59,799 nucleotides of DNA from a virus (Duplodnaviria > Caudoviricetes): positions 1 through 59,799 of IMG/VR virus record IMGVR_UViG_3300025694_000005; one strand, written 5' to 3'. Positions 1-7,618 of the stretch are shown here, one piece after another. The notes under the pieces were generated by a model. It saw only the letters and a program-made list of their open reading frames with translations. It searched no databases and was not told the origin of the DNA. Position numbers and translations under genes: made by a program. How positions within the stretch are numbered: position 1 is the stretch's first letter; each line of letters begins with the position of its first letter.

Positions 1-19
1 TAAAGAGCAAGTAGATTTT

Positions 20-298
20 ATGCTAGAAACTTACAGCGGGGCCGAAGACAAGCAACTCGTCATAGACGATATCGCTATAGCTCTAAGCAAGAGCCGTCGT
101 TCGGTTATCGGAAAGTTATCAAGGCTTGGAGTCTATGAAAAGAAAGTGTATCTCACGAAACGAGGTGAAAACCCCGTAACGAAACAGGAGCTAGTACACT
201 TACTAAGTACGAAAATGAAGCTAGAATTAGAAAAGTTAGAAGGGCTTGACAAAGCCCCGAAAGAAGTTCTAAGGTATATGCTAGAATCTTCGTGCTAA
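20..298 (+). CDS. hypothetical protein, possible HTH DNA-binding (start may lie upstream)
   Basis: 92 aa ORF; IAIALSKSRRSVIGKLSRLGVY resembles an HTH. Confidence 0.6.
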   Translation: MLETYSGAEDKQLVIDDIAIALSKSRRSVIGKLSRLGVYEKKVYLTKRGENPVTKQELVHLLSTKMKLELEKLEGLDKAPKEVLRYMLESSC

Positions 299-302
299 TA
301 AA

Positions 303-680
303 ATGTTAGAGATAATATGTGTTGCCCTAGCGGTTTACTTCGAAGCCCGAGGTGAATCGCTAGAAGGCCAACGTGCCGTAGCTTCTGTGGTGTGGAATCG
401 TCGCAATGACGAGAGATGGCCCAACCATACCTGTGAAGTAGTAGCTCAGAAAGGTCAGTTTGAAAGCTGGCCTCTCATTAAATCTGAATTTCCTAGACTC
501 TATGGAGCGGAATATTTAGACCTCCCACCAAACGAGAGTATGAAAATCGCTCTTGCCCATGCGTCATATACAGCAGAGACGCCAACCACACCAGCATTGT
601 TTTTCGCTACACCCAACCTATTAAACTACAAAGAGCTAGAAATAATAGGAAATCACGTTTTTTATACCACACACGACTAG
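303..680 (+). CDS. cell wall hydrolase, SleB/Hydrolase_2 family
   Basis: YFEARGE, GQRAVASVVWNR, QFES and IGNHVFY motifs. Confidence 0.9.
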   Translation: MLEIICVALAVYFEARGESLEGQRAVASVVWNRRNDERWPNHTCEVVAQKGQFESWPLIKSEFPRLYGAEYLDLPPNESMKIALAHASYTAETPTTPALFFATPNLLNYKELEIIGNHVFYTTHD

Positions 681-846
681 AACAGGTTTTTCCACTCCAG
701 CGGGGCCGGGGCACATCTATCGACTAGAGGAAATCCTTCCTTGGACGTAAAAATCAGTACAAATCTTCCTTAAATTTACAGTAATCTCTTAGTTTTCCAG
801 TAAAAAGGGAGTGTAAATTTAATGAATATAACTCGACCCTTAAACT

Positions 847-893
847 TAAAAGACCGCATAGCCTACTTGGTTGAAGTAGAAACATGCGGTCTT
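847..893 (-). terminator. intrinsic terminator-like hairpin
   Basis: 10-bp stem 850-859/884-893 plus 6-bp inner stem 863-868/874-879, followed by a U-rich tract on the minus strand. Confidence 0.55.
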
Positions 894-1127
894 CTTGTAT
901 ATTGATTTACAAAAATTGCTTACAAATGAAGCATAAGTGTTTACGTAATCTCTCGATAAACTCTTCTAAATATCTTTCGTAGTATTACTCTCCCGCCCCA
1001 GACTGCTTTCGCGCTAGGGGCGGAGGTAATAATCAAACGATATAAGAAGAACCTTCGAGATTACGTTTGGAGATGAAGAAGTTGTTGTATTGGCTTCTGC
1101 GCGGTCTCATCATGCTTCACATAATAT
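848..1127 (-). ncRNA. candidate structured ncRNA (~280 nt), class unknown
   Basis: No credible ORF; promoter at 1134-1162; helices 927-934/1112-1119, 943-952/1057-1066, 962-967/1045-1050, 983-988/1026-1031, 993-999/1017-1023 with GAAA loop; terminator-like hairpin 850-893. Confidence 0.65.
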
Positions 1128-1133
1128 TTAATT

Positions 1134-1162
1134 ATAATAGCAGACAGATAACAAAATGTCAA
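1134..1162 (-). promoter_or_regulatory. sigma70-type promoter
   Basis: TTGACA-N17-TATTAT with an A-tract upstream. Confidence 0.75.
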
Positions 1163-1305
1163 GATCTTTTTTTCTCATCTATAAGGGATTGCTGCACAGC
1201 CTTGAGAAATTCATCAAAGCCTTTTTCGTCCTCCAACATAAGTGCGATTGCTAAATCTTTTTCTTTGCGTGCTTCTTTAATTTTATCAGAAAAAGAAAGC
1301 CCCAC
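1159..1305 (-). CDS. small hypothetical protein (48 aa), not in ORF track
   Basis: GTG start overlaps the MTase TAG; VGLSFSDKIKEARKEKDLAIALMLEDEKGFDEFLKAVQQSLIDEKKRS. Confidence 0.55.
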   Translation of the reverse strand: MGLSFSDKIKEARKEKDLAIALMLEDEKGFDEFLKAVQQSLIDEKKRS

Positions 1306-1318
1306 TACTGCGGGGCCT
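1300..1318. repeat. 19-nt direct repeat copy 1 (hairpin-forming)
   Basis: CCCCACTACTGCGGGGCCT identical to 2556-2574. Confidence 0.9.
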
Positions 1319-1874
1319 CATCGTACGTCTCTCTTGCTAACTCATTCGCTAAGTCACTCTGTTCCTTACTAGCGGGAGGAACGAAGAACACACCTTTCGG
1401 AAGCCTTCCAGTGTCGTCCCAAACATACCAAGCATAGTCAGTCGCATCAGTTCCTCGCCCCGTGAAGGACGGTCGCTTCGACAATACATGCAATGCCGTA
1501 GGAGTATTCTCCTTCCACCACTCATGACGCCCAATACTACCAAGAAAGTTAATTCTTAGTAGCATGAGGCAAGTATTACTATGTGCTAGTGAATGATCGA
1601 TAAACTCCTTAGCGATACTAAAGGGAGGATTTGTAAGAATCAGATCCGTACCTTCATTCCATTCGAAGAAATCTTTATCCTCAGTAATCTCACTATAGGT
1701 GCAGGTTAAACCGCACTCCTCTTCGAGAAAGTACTGAATGCGACCATCTCCTCGACAAGGCTCGTGAGCGTTCTCGAAGAGTGACCAATCTATTTCTAGA
1801 TTCTCATAACACCACGGCGGTGTTGCGTAAAAGTCAGTCGGGTTAAGCCGCAGCCCTGTTTTTTGTCTTGACAT
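1305..1874 (-). CDS. phage DNA amino-methyltransferase (N6A/N4C type)
   Basis: DFYATP, EPCRGDG (SAM motif I) and TNPPF (motif IV). Confidence 0.85.
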   Translation of the reverse strand: MSRQKTGLRLNPTDFYATPPWCYENLEIDWSLFENAHEPCRGDGRIQYFLEEECGLTCTYSEITEDKDFFEWNEGTDLILTNPPFSIAKEFIDHSLAHSNTCLMLLRINFLGSIGRHEWWKENTPTALHVLSKRPSFTGRGTDATDYAWYVWDDTGRLPKGVFFVPPASKEQSDLANELARETYDEAPQ

Positions 1875-1905
1875 TATCTATAGTTCCTCTCTTTGTAGGT
1901 TTTCC

Positions 1906-2466
1906 TCATGCTAATATTGCTTTTGCTTTTTGTGCTCTAGGAGGATACACTCCAAAAAATAAATAATGAGAGGCAGGTCTAGAAATATATAAGGATCTAG
2001 TTTTTTTAGCTTCTCCACCTTTCCCTTGAGTTTTAGAAACCCATATTTCTGTGTCTTTTTGTGAACAATTCATTGGGCCTTTTGAAATGATCCAATCTAC
2101 TTCTTTGTCAAAATATTCTTTAAATATAGGATTTTCTTCTAGTATTCTAAGAATTTTACAATATACAATTTGACCTGCTAAATTTCGACCTACAACTAAT
2201 ATGTTTTCTAGTTTCTTTTTAATATAGTCCTTTTCCCATGTGCTACAAATCCTAAAGTCTTCTTTTACCTGACCTTTTTCATTAAGAGAAAAAGTTTTTA
2301 ATTCACCATCTTCAAAGTCTAACTGCTTAGTACCAGGCTTAATACCTAAAATCTTTTCTAAAGCCATACCGTTAGCTCCTTTGTTTTTCTGAGTACTTTC
2401 TGCTAAGACGCACTCTGCACTATGTACGTAGGGGGTTATCAAATTATATGCTTCTTCAGTTTTCAT
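1906..2466 (-). CDS. MutH/Sau3AI-like PD-(D/E)xK endonuclease
   Basis: NKGANGMALEKILG...LDFEDGELKTF matches the MutH-type pattern KG-x-G-x-LE...DF...ELKT. Confidence 0.7.
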   Translation of the reverse strand: MKTEEAYNLITPYVHSAECVLAESTQKNKGANGMALEKILGIKPGTKQLDFEDGELKTFSLNEKGQVKEDFRICSTWEKDYIKKKLENILVVGRNLAGQIVYCKILRILEENPIFKEYFDKEVDWIISKGPMNCSQKDTEIWVSKTQGKGGEAKKTRSLYISRPASHYLFFGVYPPRAQKAKAILA

Positions 2467-2499
2467 TATAAGTCACTTTTTTAGTAAGTTTGAACATAT

Positions 2500-2528
2500 A
2501 TTATACACGGATCGAGGATCCGTGTCAA
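2500..2528 (-). promoter_or_regulatory. sigma70 promoter with a palindromic spacer containing two GATC
   Basis: TTGACA-N17-TATAAT; ACACGGATC-GAG-GATCCGTGT at 2505-2525. Confidence 0.85.
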
Positions 2529-2555
2529 GAATTATTTTTCTTCAGGTACAAAAAA

Positions 2556-2574
2556 CCCCACTACTGCGGGGCCT
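2556..2574. repeat. 19-nt direct repeat copy 2, terminator-like on the minus strand
   Basis: Identical to 1300-1318; followed by TTTTT on the minus strand. Confidence 0.9.
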
Positions 2575-2671
2575 TTTGGTTCTTGCGAGTATACTTAGTT
2601 TTATCTCGATACACTTTTGGCTTGTTAAACTTCCAAGCGTGTTTCGCCACGGGGTTTATGCGTCCATCCAT
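2561..2671 (-). CDS. small basic protein (36 aa), NPVAK-type phage family, loosely ArfA-like
   Basis: MDGRINPVAKHAWKFNKPKVYRDKTKYTRKNQKAPQ; below the ORF track cutoff. Confidence 0.65.
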   Translation of the reverse strand: MDGRINPVAKHAWKFNKPKVYRDKTKYTRKNQKAPQ

Positions 2672-2823
2672 AACTCTACTCCCCAGCTCCAAGTAAGCCA
2701 TGCGAAGATGAAACCATAGTCATTCGTCATCATGTCCTGGCTATGGTAGAGTGCGAAACTGGGAAGAACATGAAAGAGTCCTTCAGCTCGCCAAGTGTTT
2801 TGCACAGATTGTTGAATTTGCAT
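2656..2823 (-). CDS. small hypothetical protein (55 aa)
   Basis: MQIQQSVQNTWRAEG...WSWGVELWMDA; GGGGAA RBS; directly downstream of a promoter. Confidence 0.65.
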   Translation of the reverse strand: MQIQQSVQNTWRAEGLFHVLPSFALYHSQDMMTNDYGFIFAWLTWSWGVELWMDA

Positions 2824-2845
2824 AGTTCCCCCTTAATTTCCATAT

Positions 2846-2875
2846 ATTATACGCCCTTGACATCTCCATGTCAAG
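2846..2875 (-). promoter_or_regulatory. sigma70 promoter with an inverted repeat over the -35 box
   Basis: TTGACA-N17-TATAAT; CTTGACAT-ctcc-ATGTCAAG at 2856-2875. Confidence 0.85.
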
Positions 2876-2883
2876 AATTATTT

Positions 2884-2988
2884 TTAGCTAAACACATTTC
2901 TTCGAATGACGATAACAGGTACCGCCCTTATAGGCACTGGCGCTGCTTTTCGTATTGTTACTTGGATATGATTAGTTACATGACTCAT
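2884..2988 (-). CDS. small hypothetical peptide (34 aa)
   Basis: ATGA overlap with the upstream stop; MSHVTNHIQVTIRKAAPVPIRAVPVIVIRRNVFS. Confidence 0.45.
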   Translation of the reverse strand: MSHVTNHIQVTIRKAAPVPIRAVPVIVIRRNVFS

Positions 2989-3296
2989 GAGTTTTTACCC
3001 GAGTAAGCATTCGCTCCGAAGAAGGCCGCAACTAACGCACTAATTGCGATAAAGTATGTGGGTGCGATATCTCCAATGATACCCGCAGCTGTATCAAGCC
3101 CGAAGAGGCTAGTACAGAAGATACCGAAAGGATAGAGTAGCATTCCGAAGAGTGCAAACCATGTCATCTTTCTCATGGCATCACGCTGCGCATCTTCGTC
3201 TTCTAGTTTCTTTCGTTTAAATTCGAGGTGCATCATAAGCTCTTCGTCGCTTACATGACCGTCCCCATTTACGTCAGCTGGATGATGTTCACTCAT
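2985..3296 (-). CDS. EF-hand-like two-TM membrane protein (holin candidate)
   Basis: DVNGDGHVSDEE loop followed by two hydrophobic segments. Confidence 0.65.
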   Translation of the reverse strand: MSEHHPADVNGDGHVSDEELMMHLEFKRKKLEDEDAQRDAMRKMTWFALFGMLLYPFGIFCTSLFGLDTAAGIIGDIAPTYFIAISALVAAFFGANAYSGKNS

Positions 3297-3458
3297 TTAT
3301 TTCTCCGTTTTCAGAAGAGTGTATACTCCCCATGCTAGGCCGACATACGCGGCAATCTTGGCTAAGCCTCCAAACAGTATAAAAGCTCCACAAATTCCAA
3401 TTAACATCACACCATCTAAAGATGTGCGTTCTCCCATGAGTTTTCCAACGTATTTCAT
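3297..3458 (-). CDS. small two-TM membrane protein
   Basis: Likely start MKYVGK (GAGGAG RBS); two hydrophobic stretches. Confidence 0.65.
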   Translation of the reverse strand: MKYVGKLMGERTSLDGVMLIGICGAFILFGGLAKIAAYVGLAWGVYTLLKTEK

Positions 3459-3688
3459 AGTTTCTTCTCCTCTAGCGGGCAGTTTGTAGATTTCATATCC
3501 GTGCCCATCATGCTGACCCAATGAAGTTCAGCGATAATTTTATTATACCACATTCTGTCGTATTGATCATGGCACTTCGCAGCCTCTTCCGTCAACTGAG
3601 AAATGCGAACGTCGATATACTTGAGCATTTTAGATGTGTGTGCCACGTTTCTTATGTCCATTCCATGCGACGAAACCTGCAGCCGCAA
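3455..3688 (-). CDS. hypothetical protein (true start probably downstream)
   Basis: Packed ORF, coupled to its neighbours. Confidence 0.55.
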   Translation of the reverse strand: MRLQVSSHGMDIRNVAHTSKMLKYIDVRISQLTEEAAKCHDQYDRMWYNKIIAELHWVSMMGTDMKSTNCPLEEKKL

Positions 3689-4208
3689 GTGCCCAGTACG
3701 CCAAGTAGTTCAAAAACTTGAATCCGTTAACTTCGATACAAATGTCACGAAACAACTTATCCGCCTGTGATTGAGTCATCTTCTCCGTGTTATTTCCAGC
3801 TTTCGTCATTAGACAAGCATATTTGTAGATGTAATCATGTACAAGACCGCCCATCAACAATACACCCGTAGGTGAGAGCCACATTGCCAAAAACTTGGGC
3901 ACGCTGGCCCCATCAAATTCAAAACCTTTGGGAATCACGTACTCTACTCCGCCCAGTTTAAAATGAAAGTCGTCACAAATTTCCCACTGACGAACACCCA
4001 TTAACCAGTGCCAAATACCCTTAAAAAAGCCTTTGTCTTTCGTTGCAATCGGAAGAGGCTTCATGTGAGGCATTTCAGCATACTCAAAGCCTACACGATC
4101 TTCCCCTTGACCATCAAATTTACTAAAGATAAAACCAATTCCTACAAGCACTACAAATACTACCCACTGCCAAAATGTCATGGCAAGTTCCATCGCTGTC
4201 TCAATCAT
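3630..4208 (-). CDS. DUF1353 family protein with N-terminal TM
   Basis: IPKGFEFDGASVP and LVHDYIY motifs, ADKLF. Confidence 0.85.
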   Translation of the reverse strand: MIETAMELAMTFWQWVVFVVLVGIGFIFSKFDGQGEDRVGFEYAEMPHMKPLPIATKDKGFFKGIWHWLMGVRQWEICDDFHFKLGGVEYVIPKGFEFDGASVPKFLAMWLSPTGVLLMGGLVHDYIYKYACLMTKAGNNTEKMTQSQADKLFRDICIEVNGFKFLNYLAYWALAAAGFVAWNGHKKRGTHI

Positions 4209-4407
4209 AATTATCCTCCGCTATATTCATTATAGCGCTCTTGTTCAGTAACACTTCTTGACCGTTTGGCTGTAAGTATTTTATGAACTTATTTTCATTA
4301 TTCATTATCCAATGTAAGGCTTCTTTCGGTGGCATTGTTAGTGCTTCTTCACCGAGTAAAGACCCGTAGATAGTATTTCCACTTATAGTGACTATTCGTA
4401 CTTTCAT
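4201..4407 (-). CDS. hypothetical protein
   Basis: Likely start MKVRIV (GGAGG RBS, ATGA overlap). Confidence 0.6.
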   Translation of the reverse strand: MKVRIVTISGNTIYGSLLGEEALTMPPKEALHWIMNNENKFIKYLQPNGQEVLLNKSAIMNIAEDNYD

Positions 4408-4484
4408 AAGAAGATCATACCTCCTATCAGTCCGACAATTAAGCCGAACGTACAAAAAACTACTAATTTTTTAGTGTAGCTCAT
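4404..4484 (-). CDS. single-TM peptide (26 aa)
   Basis: MSYTKKLVVFCTFGLIVGLIGGMIFL; GGGGAA RBS. Confidence 0.5.
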   Translation of the reverse strand: MSYTKKLVVFCTFGLIVGLIGGMIFL

Positions 4485-4511
4485 TCAGTTCCCCCTGCTG
4501 AGACTAGTTTT

Positions 4512-5042
4512 TTACTCCCTCCCTGAACCTCCTGACGCTGTAGGTTCTAGCTTATCAAAATCAAATGATGCTAGTGGATTATCTAGTACTGCTTGTATTT
4601 TCATGTTCAGTCTATCTTCCAGAGCATTGATTTTAATTTCCGTATCTGTTTGTAAACTCTCCCTTTTGTTATCAAAGCGCTCATCTGCTTTGTCAATCAT
4701 GTCTTTTACTTTGTCTTCTAGTTCTCTATTCTGATCTTCAACTCTATCAACATTTGCTTCCATACGATTGAAGTCATCTCGTAAATCATTCTTGATGCTT
4801 CGTGAGTAGTCTATTGCTTCATCAACAGATCCTTGAGCCGCAGCAATTTTTTGTTCTATAATTTTATTGCGGTTCTCTATCTGCGTGGTGTCAATGTTAG
4901 CCACAATTTCTTTCATGTCCATGTAGTCAGCATAGAATTCAAAGGCACCCCAACTTGCTCCACCTAACGTAGAGAGAGCAGTGAGAAGAACCATCATCTT
5001 ACCACCTTTAAATGTCATGCCCCCAAACTCTACTTCTGCCAT
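4512..5042 (-). CDS. membrane-anchored coiled-coil protein
   Basis: N-terminal hydrophobic helix followed by a heptad-rich region. Confidence 0.7.
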   Translation of the reverse strand: MAEVEFGGMTFKGGKMMVLLTALSTLGGASWGAFEFYADYMDMKEIVANIDTTQIENRNKIIEQKIAAAQGSVDEAIDYSRSIKNDLRDDFNRMEANVDRVEDQNRELEDKVKDMIDKADERFDNKRESLQTDTEIKINALEDRLNMKIQAVLDNPLASFDFDKLEPTASGGSGRE

Positions 5043-5461
5043 TATTTTTTCCAGAACTTACCTTGAATGAGTTTCTTTACTACAACTAGAGGGTTATAGT
5101 AAAATTTATATTCCCACTTATACTGTGCGTAATCTTTTTCATATATGCTACGCGGAGTCCACTCTTTCTTCCAGTTGTCGACCAATAATCCTTCGTATTC
5201 TAGTACTGCATGACCACCATCCACATAACTAATAAAGCAAATCTTAATCTTTTTTGTGAGAATCATCCAAAGAAACTTCATACGACTCTGCCCTGCAAGC
5301 ATCCAGCCTACAGTAAGTGCATAATCTTCACAATCTCCTTGGTCTTTATCCTGACTCATATCAAGTACACGCCAATAGTCAGCAACTTGATACTGATCAC
5401 TATCGTACTGATATTCAAATACGTTGTTTACTTTAGCAACCGCTTCTACTTTATCCATCAT
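5042..5461 (-). CDS. transglutaminase-like cysteine peptidase (BTLCP/Peptidase C93, LapG-like)
   Basis: DYW...GDCEDYA...HAVL...VDN Cys-His-Asp triad. Confidence 0.85.
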   Translation of the reverse strand: MMDKVEAVAKVNNVFEYQYDSDQYQVADYWRVLDMSQDKDQGDCEDYALTVGWMLAGQSRMKFLWMILTKKIKICFISYVDGGHAVLEYEGLLVDNWKKEWTPRSIYEKDYAQYKWEYKFYYNPLVVVKKLIQGKFWKK

Positions 5462-5879
5462 CGTCCTCGAATTTTAATGCTCTTAGGTTATTTACCTCTT
5501 GCTGTAATTTTTGTAGTTCTATTCTCTGTCTTGTCAGCTCCAATTTATAAAGCTGATTACAATCTAATCTCGTTTTCGGTGCATTGAGTGGTATGATAAT
5601 CTTCGCATACACTCCAACATCTTTTACTAAACCTTCCTCATCGTAGTCTTCTGAGTAGCTCCCTATATTGCTAGTGTAGGGCCCATTCTGATTTAGAACT
5701 CCGACTACACCAAACTCTAAATTCACGCTTCCGCCAATCGCCATGGAACACTCGACGTTGCCATTTGTTCTTATTCTATCACTCGCATAAGAACCCGGAG
5801 TGCTAGGTAAATTTAAATTCAAAGAACTAGAGTCCGCCATTGCGTAAGCTGACACTAGCATTAATAATATAAATCTCAT
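5451..5879 (-). CDS. secreted protein, Cys pair and C-terminal coiled coil
   Basis: Signal peptide MRFILLMLVSAYAMA. Confidence 0.7.
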   Translation of the reverse strand: MRFILLMLVSAYAMADSSSLNLNLPSTPGSYASDRIRTNGNVECSMAIGGSVNLEFGVVGVLNQNGPYTSNIGSYSEDYDEEGLVKDVGVYAKIIIPLNAPKTRLDCNQLYKLELTRQRIELQKLQQEVNNLRALKFEDDDG

Positions 5880-6247
5880 TTAACTTTTGAACAAATCCTA
5901 GAAGATACGGATGTTTTTGCTGTACCTGTTACAACCAATTTTGATTTTGAACAGATGAAAACCACTTCTTCCTTGTCCTTCTCCCTTATGTAAATGTCAA
6001 CCTTCTTTTTTTCAAGGTGTTTGAAACGCATAACTTTCTGCTGCATAGCAAAGGGTACTTTCTCCCACTCCGCATTAAAAACACCAAACTCATAATACTC
6101 TACATCTTTTCGCATATTGAAAAGGGTCATTGTAGTATATAATACACCCTCAACGTAAGAATTTTTCAACTTTGGATAAGTTGGGGTGAATTCATGGGCA
6201 CTTGCGTACCCACTCATCACCAGTAATAAAATTAGATAGCGATGCAT
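5876..6247 (-). CDS. secreted protein, possible fimbrial chaperone-like Ig fold
   Basis: Signal peptide ...GYASA; FTPT...TMTLFN pattern reminiscent of PapD N-domains; two Cys. Confidence 0.55.
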   Translation of the reverse strand: MHRYLILLLVMSGYASAHEFTPTYPKLKNSYVEGVLYTTMTLFNMRKDVEYYEFGVFNAEWEKVPFAMQQKVMRFKHLEKKKVDIYIREKDKEEVVFICSKSKLVVTGTAKTSVSSRICSKVK

Positions 6248-6720
6248 TCAGCACTTACTATCGCACGATATACGCCGCCAGGAAATGCTTTGCCGTAGCC
6301 ATAATCTGCTTGTGATTCTGTTTTGAACCAGGTGCTACCAGCAACGGTCAAACTGAATTCAGTAACATTATCAAACTCAACCTTTGCTGCGTCATACCCA
6401 GACATGCCAGTATCTGATACTTGAGATGTAGCAACGTCGCCCGTCCATACTACAGTGTCATTCAATGTAGGTGATTCCGAAAAGGATGTAGGATACGAAA
6501 TCCTAGCTTTATAGCTGCTCGCTTCAATTACGTCAAATCGAACGACAGGATCAACTCCACCGTCCGTAGGATCAGTGCTTAACACATCTGATGTTGGGTT
6601 ACCAAATACACCTGCGGTATCAGGAGTTACTACACATTTCGAAGCAACATTCCCTACTACTTCCATTTCCTCCGCTTGCGCACTAAAGGCGCAAAATAGT
6701 AAAATAACTAATTTTTTCAT
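6232..6720 (-). CDS. secreted protein, possible fimbrial/pilin subunit
   Basis: Signal peptide ...FSAQA; VVGNVASKCVV N-terminus and GGVYRAIVSAEC C-terminal strand, as in chaperone-usher pilins. Confidence 0.6.
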   Translation of the reverse strand: MKKLVILLFCAFSAQAEEMEVVGNVASKCVVTPDTAGVFGNPTSDVLSTDPTDGGVDPVVRFDVIEASSYKARISYPTSFSESPTLNDTVVWTGDVATSQVSDTGMSGYDAAKVEFDNVTEFSLTVAGSTWFKTESQADYGYGKAFPGGVYRAIVSAECIAI

Positions 6721-6745
6721 AATAGAGTTCCCCCTCTATACTCTG

Positions 6746-7618
6746 TCAATCATACTGCGATTGAACCATTTTTTGGTGCAAAAGTTGCTGCGCAAAGTTT
6801 ACACGGCGACCATTTGCATTGTCAGGTAGGTCAGAATCTTTCAGCATCTCTGCATCCGGATACTCTCCCCCTTTTATTTGCCCAAAGTAACCTCTAGGCA
6901 AATAATTCGTTGACACTAATGCGTTATGCAATAATGTATCTTGTGCTTCTTGTAGGCTTGCTCCGAGGGATAAACCTAACATCTTCTCTAAACTATCTCT
7001 TACTTTCTCTTCAGTGGCTTTAGCAAATTTCTCTCGTTCTTCCTTCTCTTCTTCCTCTTTCTGTGCTTTCATGTTCGTTTCACGATCTAACTCTGCCTGA
7101 ATATACTCTTCACTCGAGGTATCTATTTCAGGCTCTTGAATTAGCGTGAGCGGGTCAATATAACCTGGGCATTCTGGGTCCGACTGAGGATTATCACACG
7201 GAACATACTGATATGTGTAATAAACCTCTGGATCTAAAACTGTTCCGAAGCCTTCCACTTCGATAGAACCATCACCCCAAAAATCAATTCCTATACCCCC
7301 TACAGGAATTGTTTTGTTAATCGTATTGCCTGGCAAACCTGACCAGTCGTCTGTGCTTCTAAAGATATATCCGTTTCCTTGAGCATTCTCATTTTGAACG
7401 TGAACCAACATATCATCTTCTGGGTCTTTCTCAGTGGTATATCTATAGATTACATTGTTTACGGTCAATCCTGTCGCTTGTGGTAAGATATTAGACATGA
7501 CCCAATTCAACCCAATATTCGCGGCGTTGGTGGTTGTTCCGTATACCTCTTCGCTAGAGTACGAGTAAGAGCAGTAGGCTAACAACACCGGCACTACCCA
7601 TGAGTGTCTTAGTACCAT
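6746..7618 (-). CDS. secreted protein with acidic coiled-coil region
   Basis: Likely start MVLRHSWVVPVLLAYCSYSYS (signal-like); CDNPQSDPECPGY. Confidence 0.7.
   Translation of the reverse strand: MVLRHSWVVPVLLAYCSYSYSSEEVYGTTTNAANIGLNWVMSNILPQATGLTVNNVIYRYTTEKDPEDDMLVHVQNENAQGNGYIFRSTDDWSGLPGNTINKTIPVGGIGIDFWGDGSIEVEGFGTVLDPEVYYTYQYVPCDNPQSDPECPGYIDPLTLIQEPEIDTSSEEYIQAELDRETNMKAQKEEEEKEEREKFAKATEEKVRDSLEKMLGLSLGASLQEAQDTLLHNALVSTNYLPRGYFGQIKGGEYPDAEMLKDSDLPDNANGRRVNFAQQLLHQKMVQSQYD

Noticed and set aside
995-1023. SRP (4.5S) RNA domain IV
   Set aside because: A GNRA loop is present, but the conserved CAGG/AGCA symmetric loop is absent.
1067-1372. 101-aa plus-strand ORF
   Set aside because: It is antisense to a promoter, a small ORF and the MTase end, and has no recognisable features.
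4487-4500. 14-nt match AGTTCCCCCTGCTG with ~26563-26576
   Set aside because: The contexts differ (minus-strand RBS versus terminator arm), so the match is probably chance.
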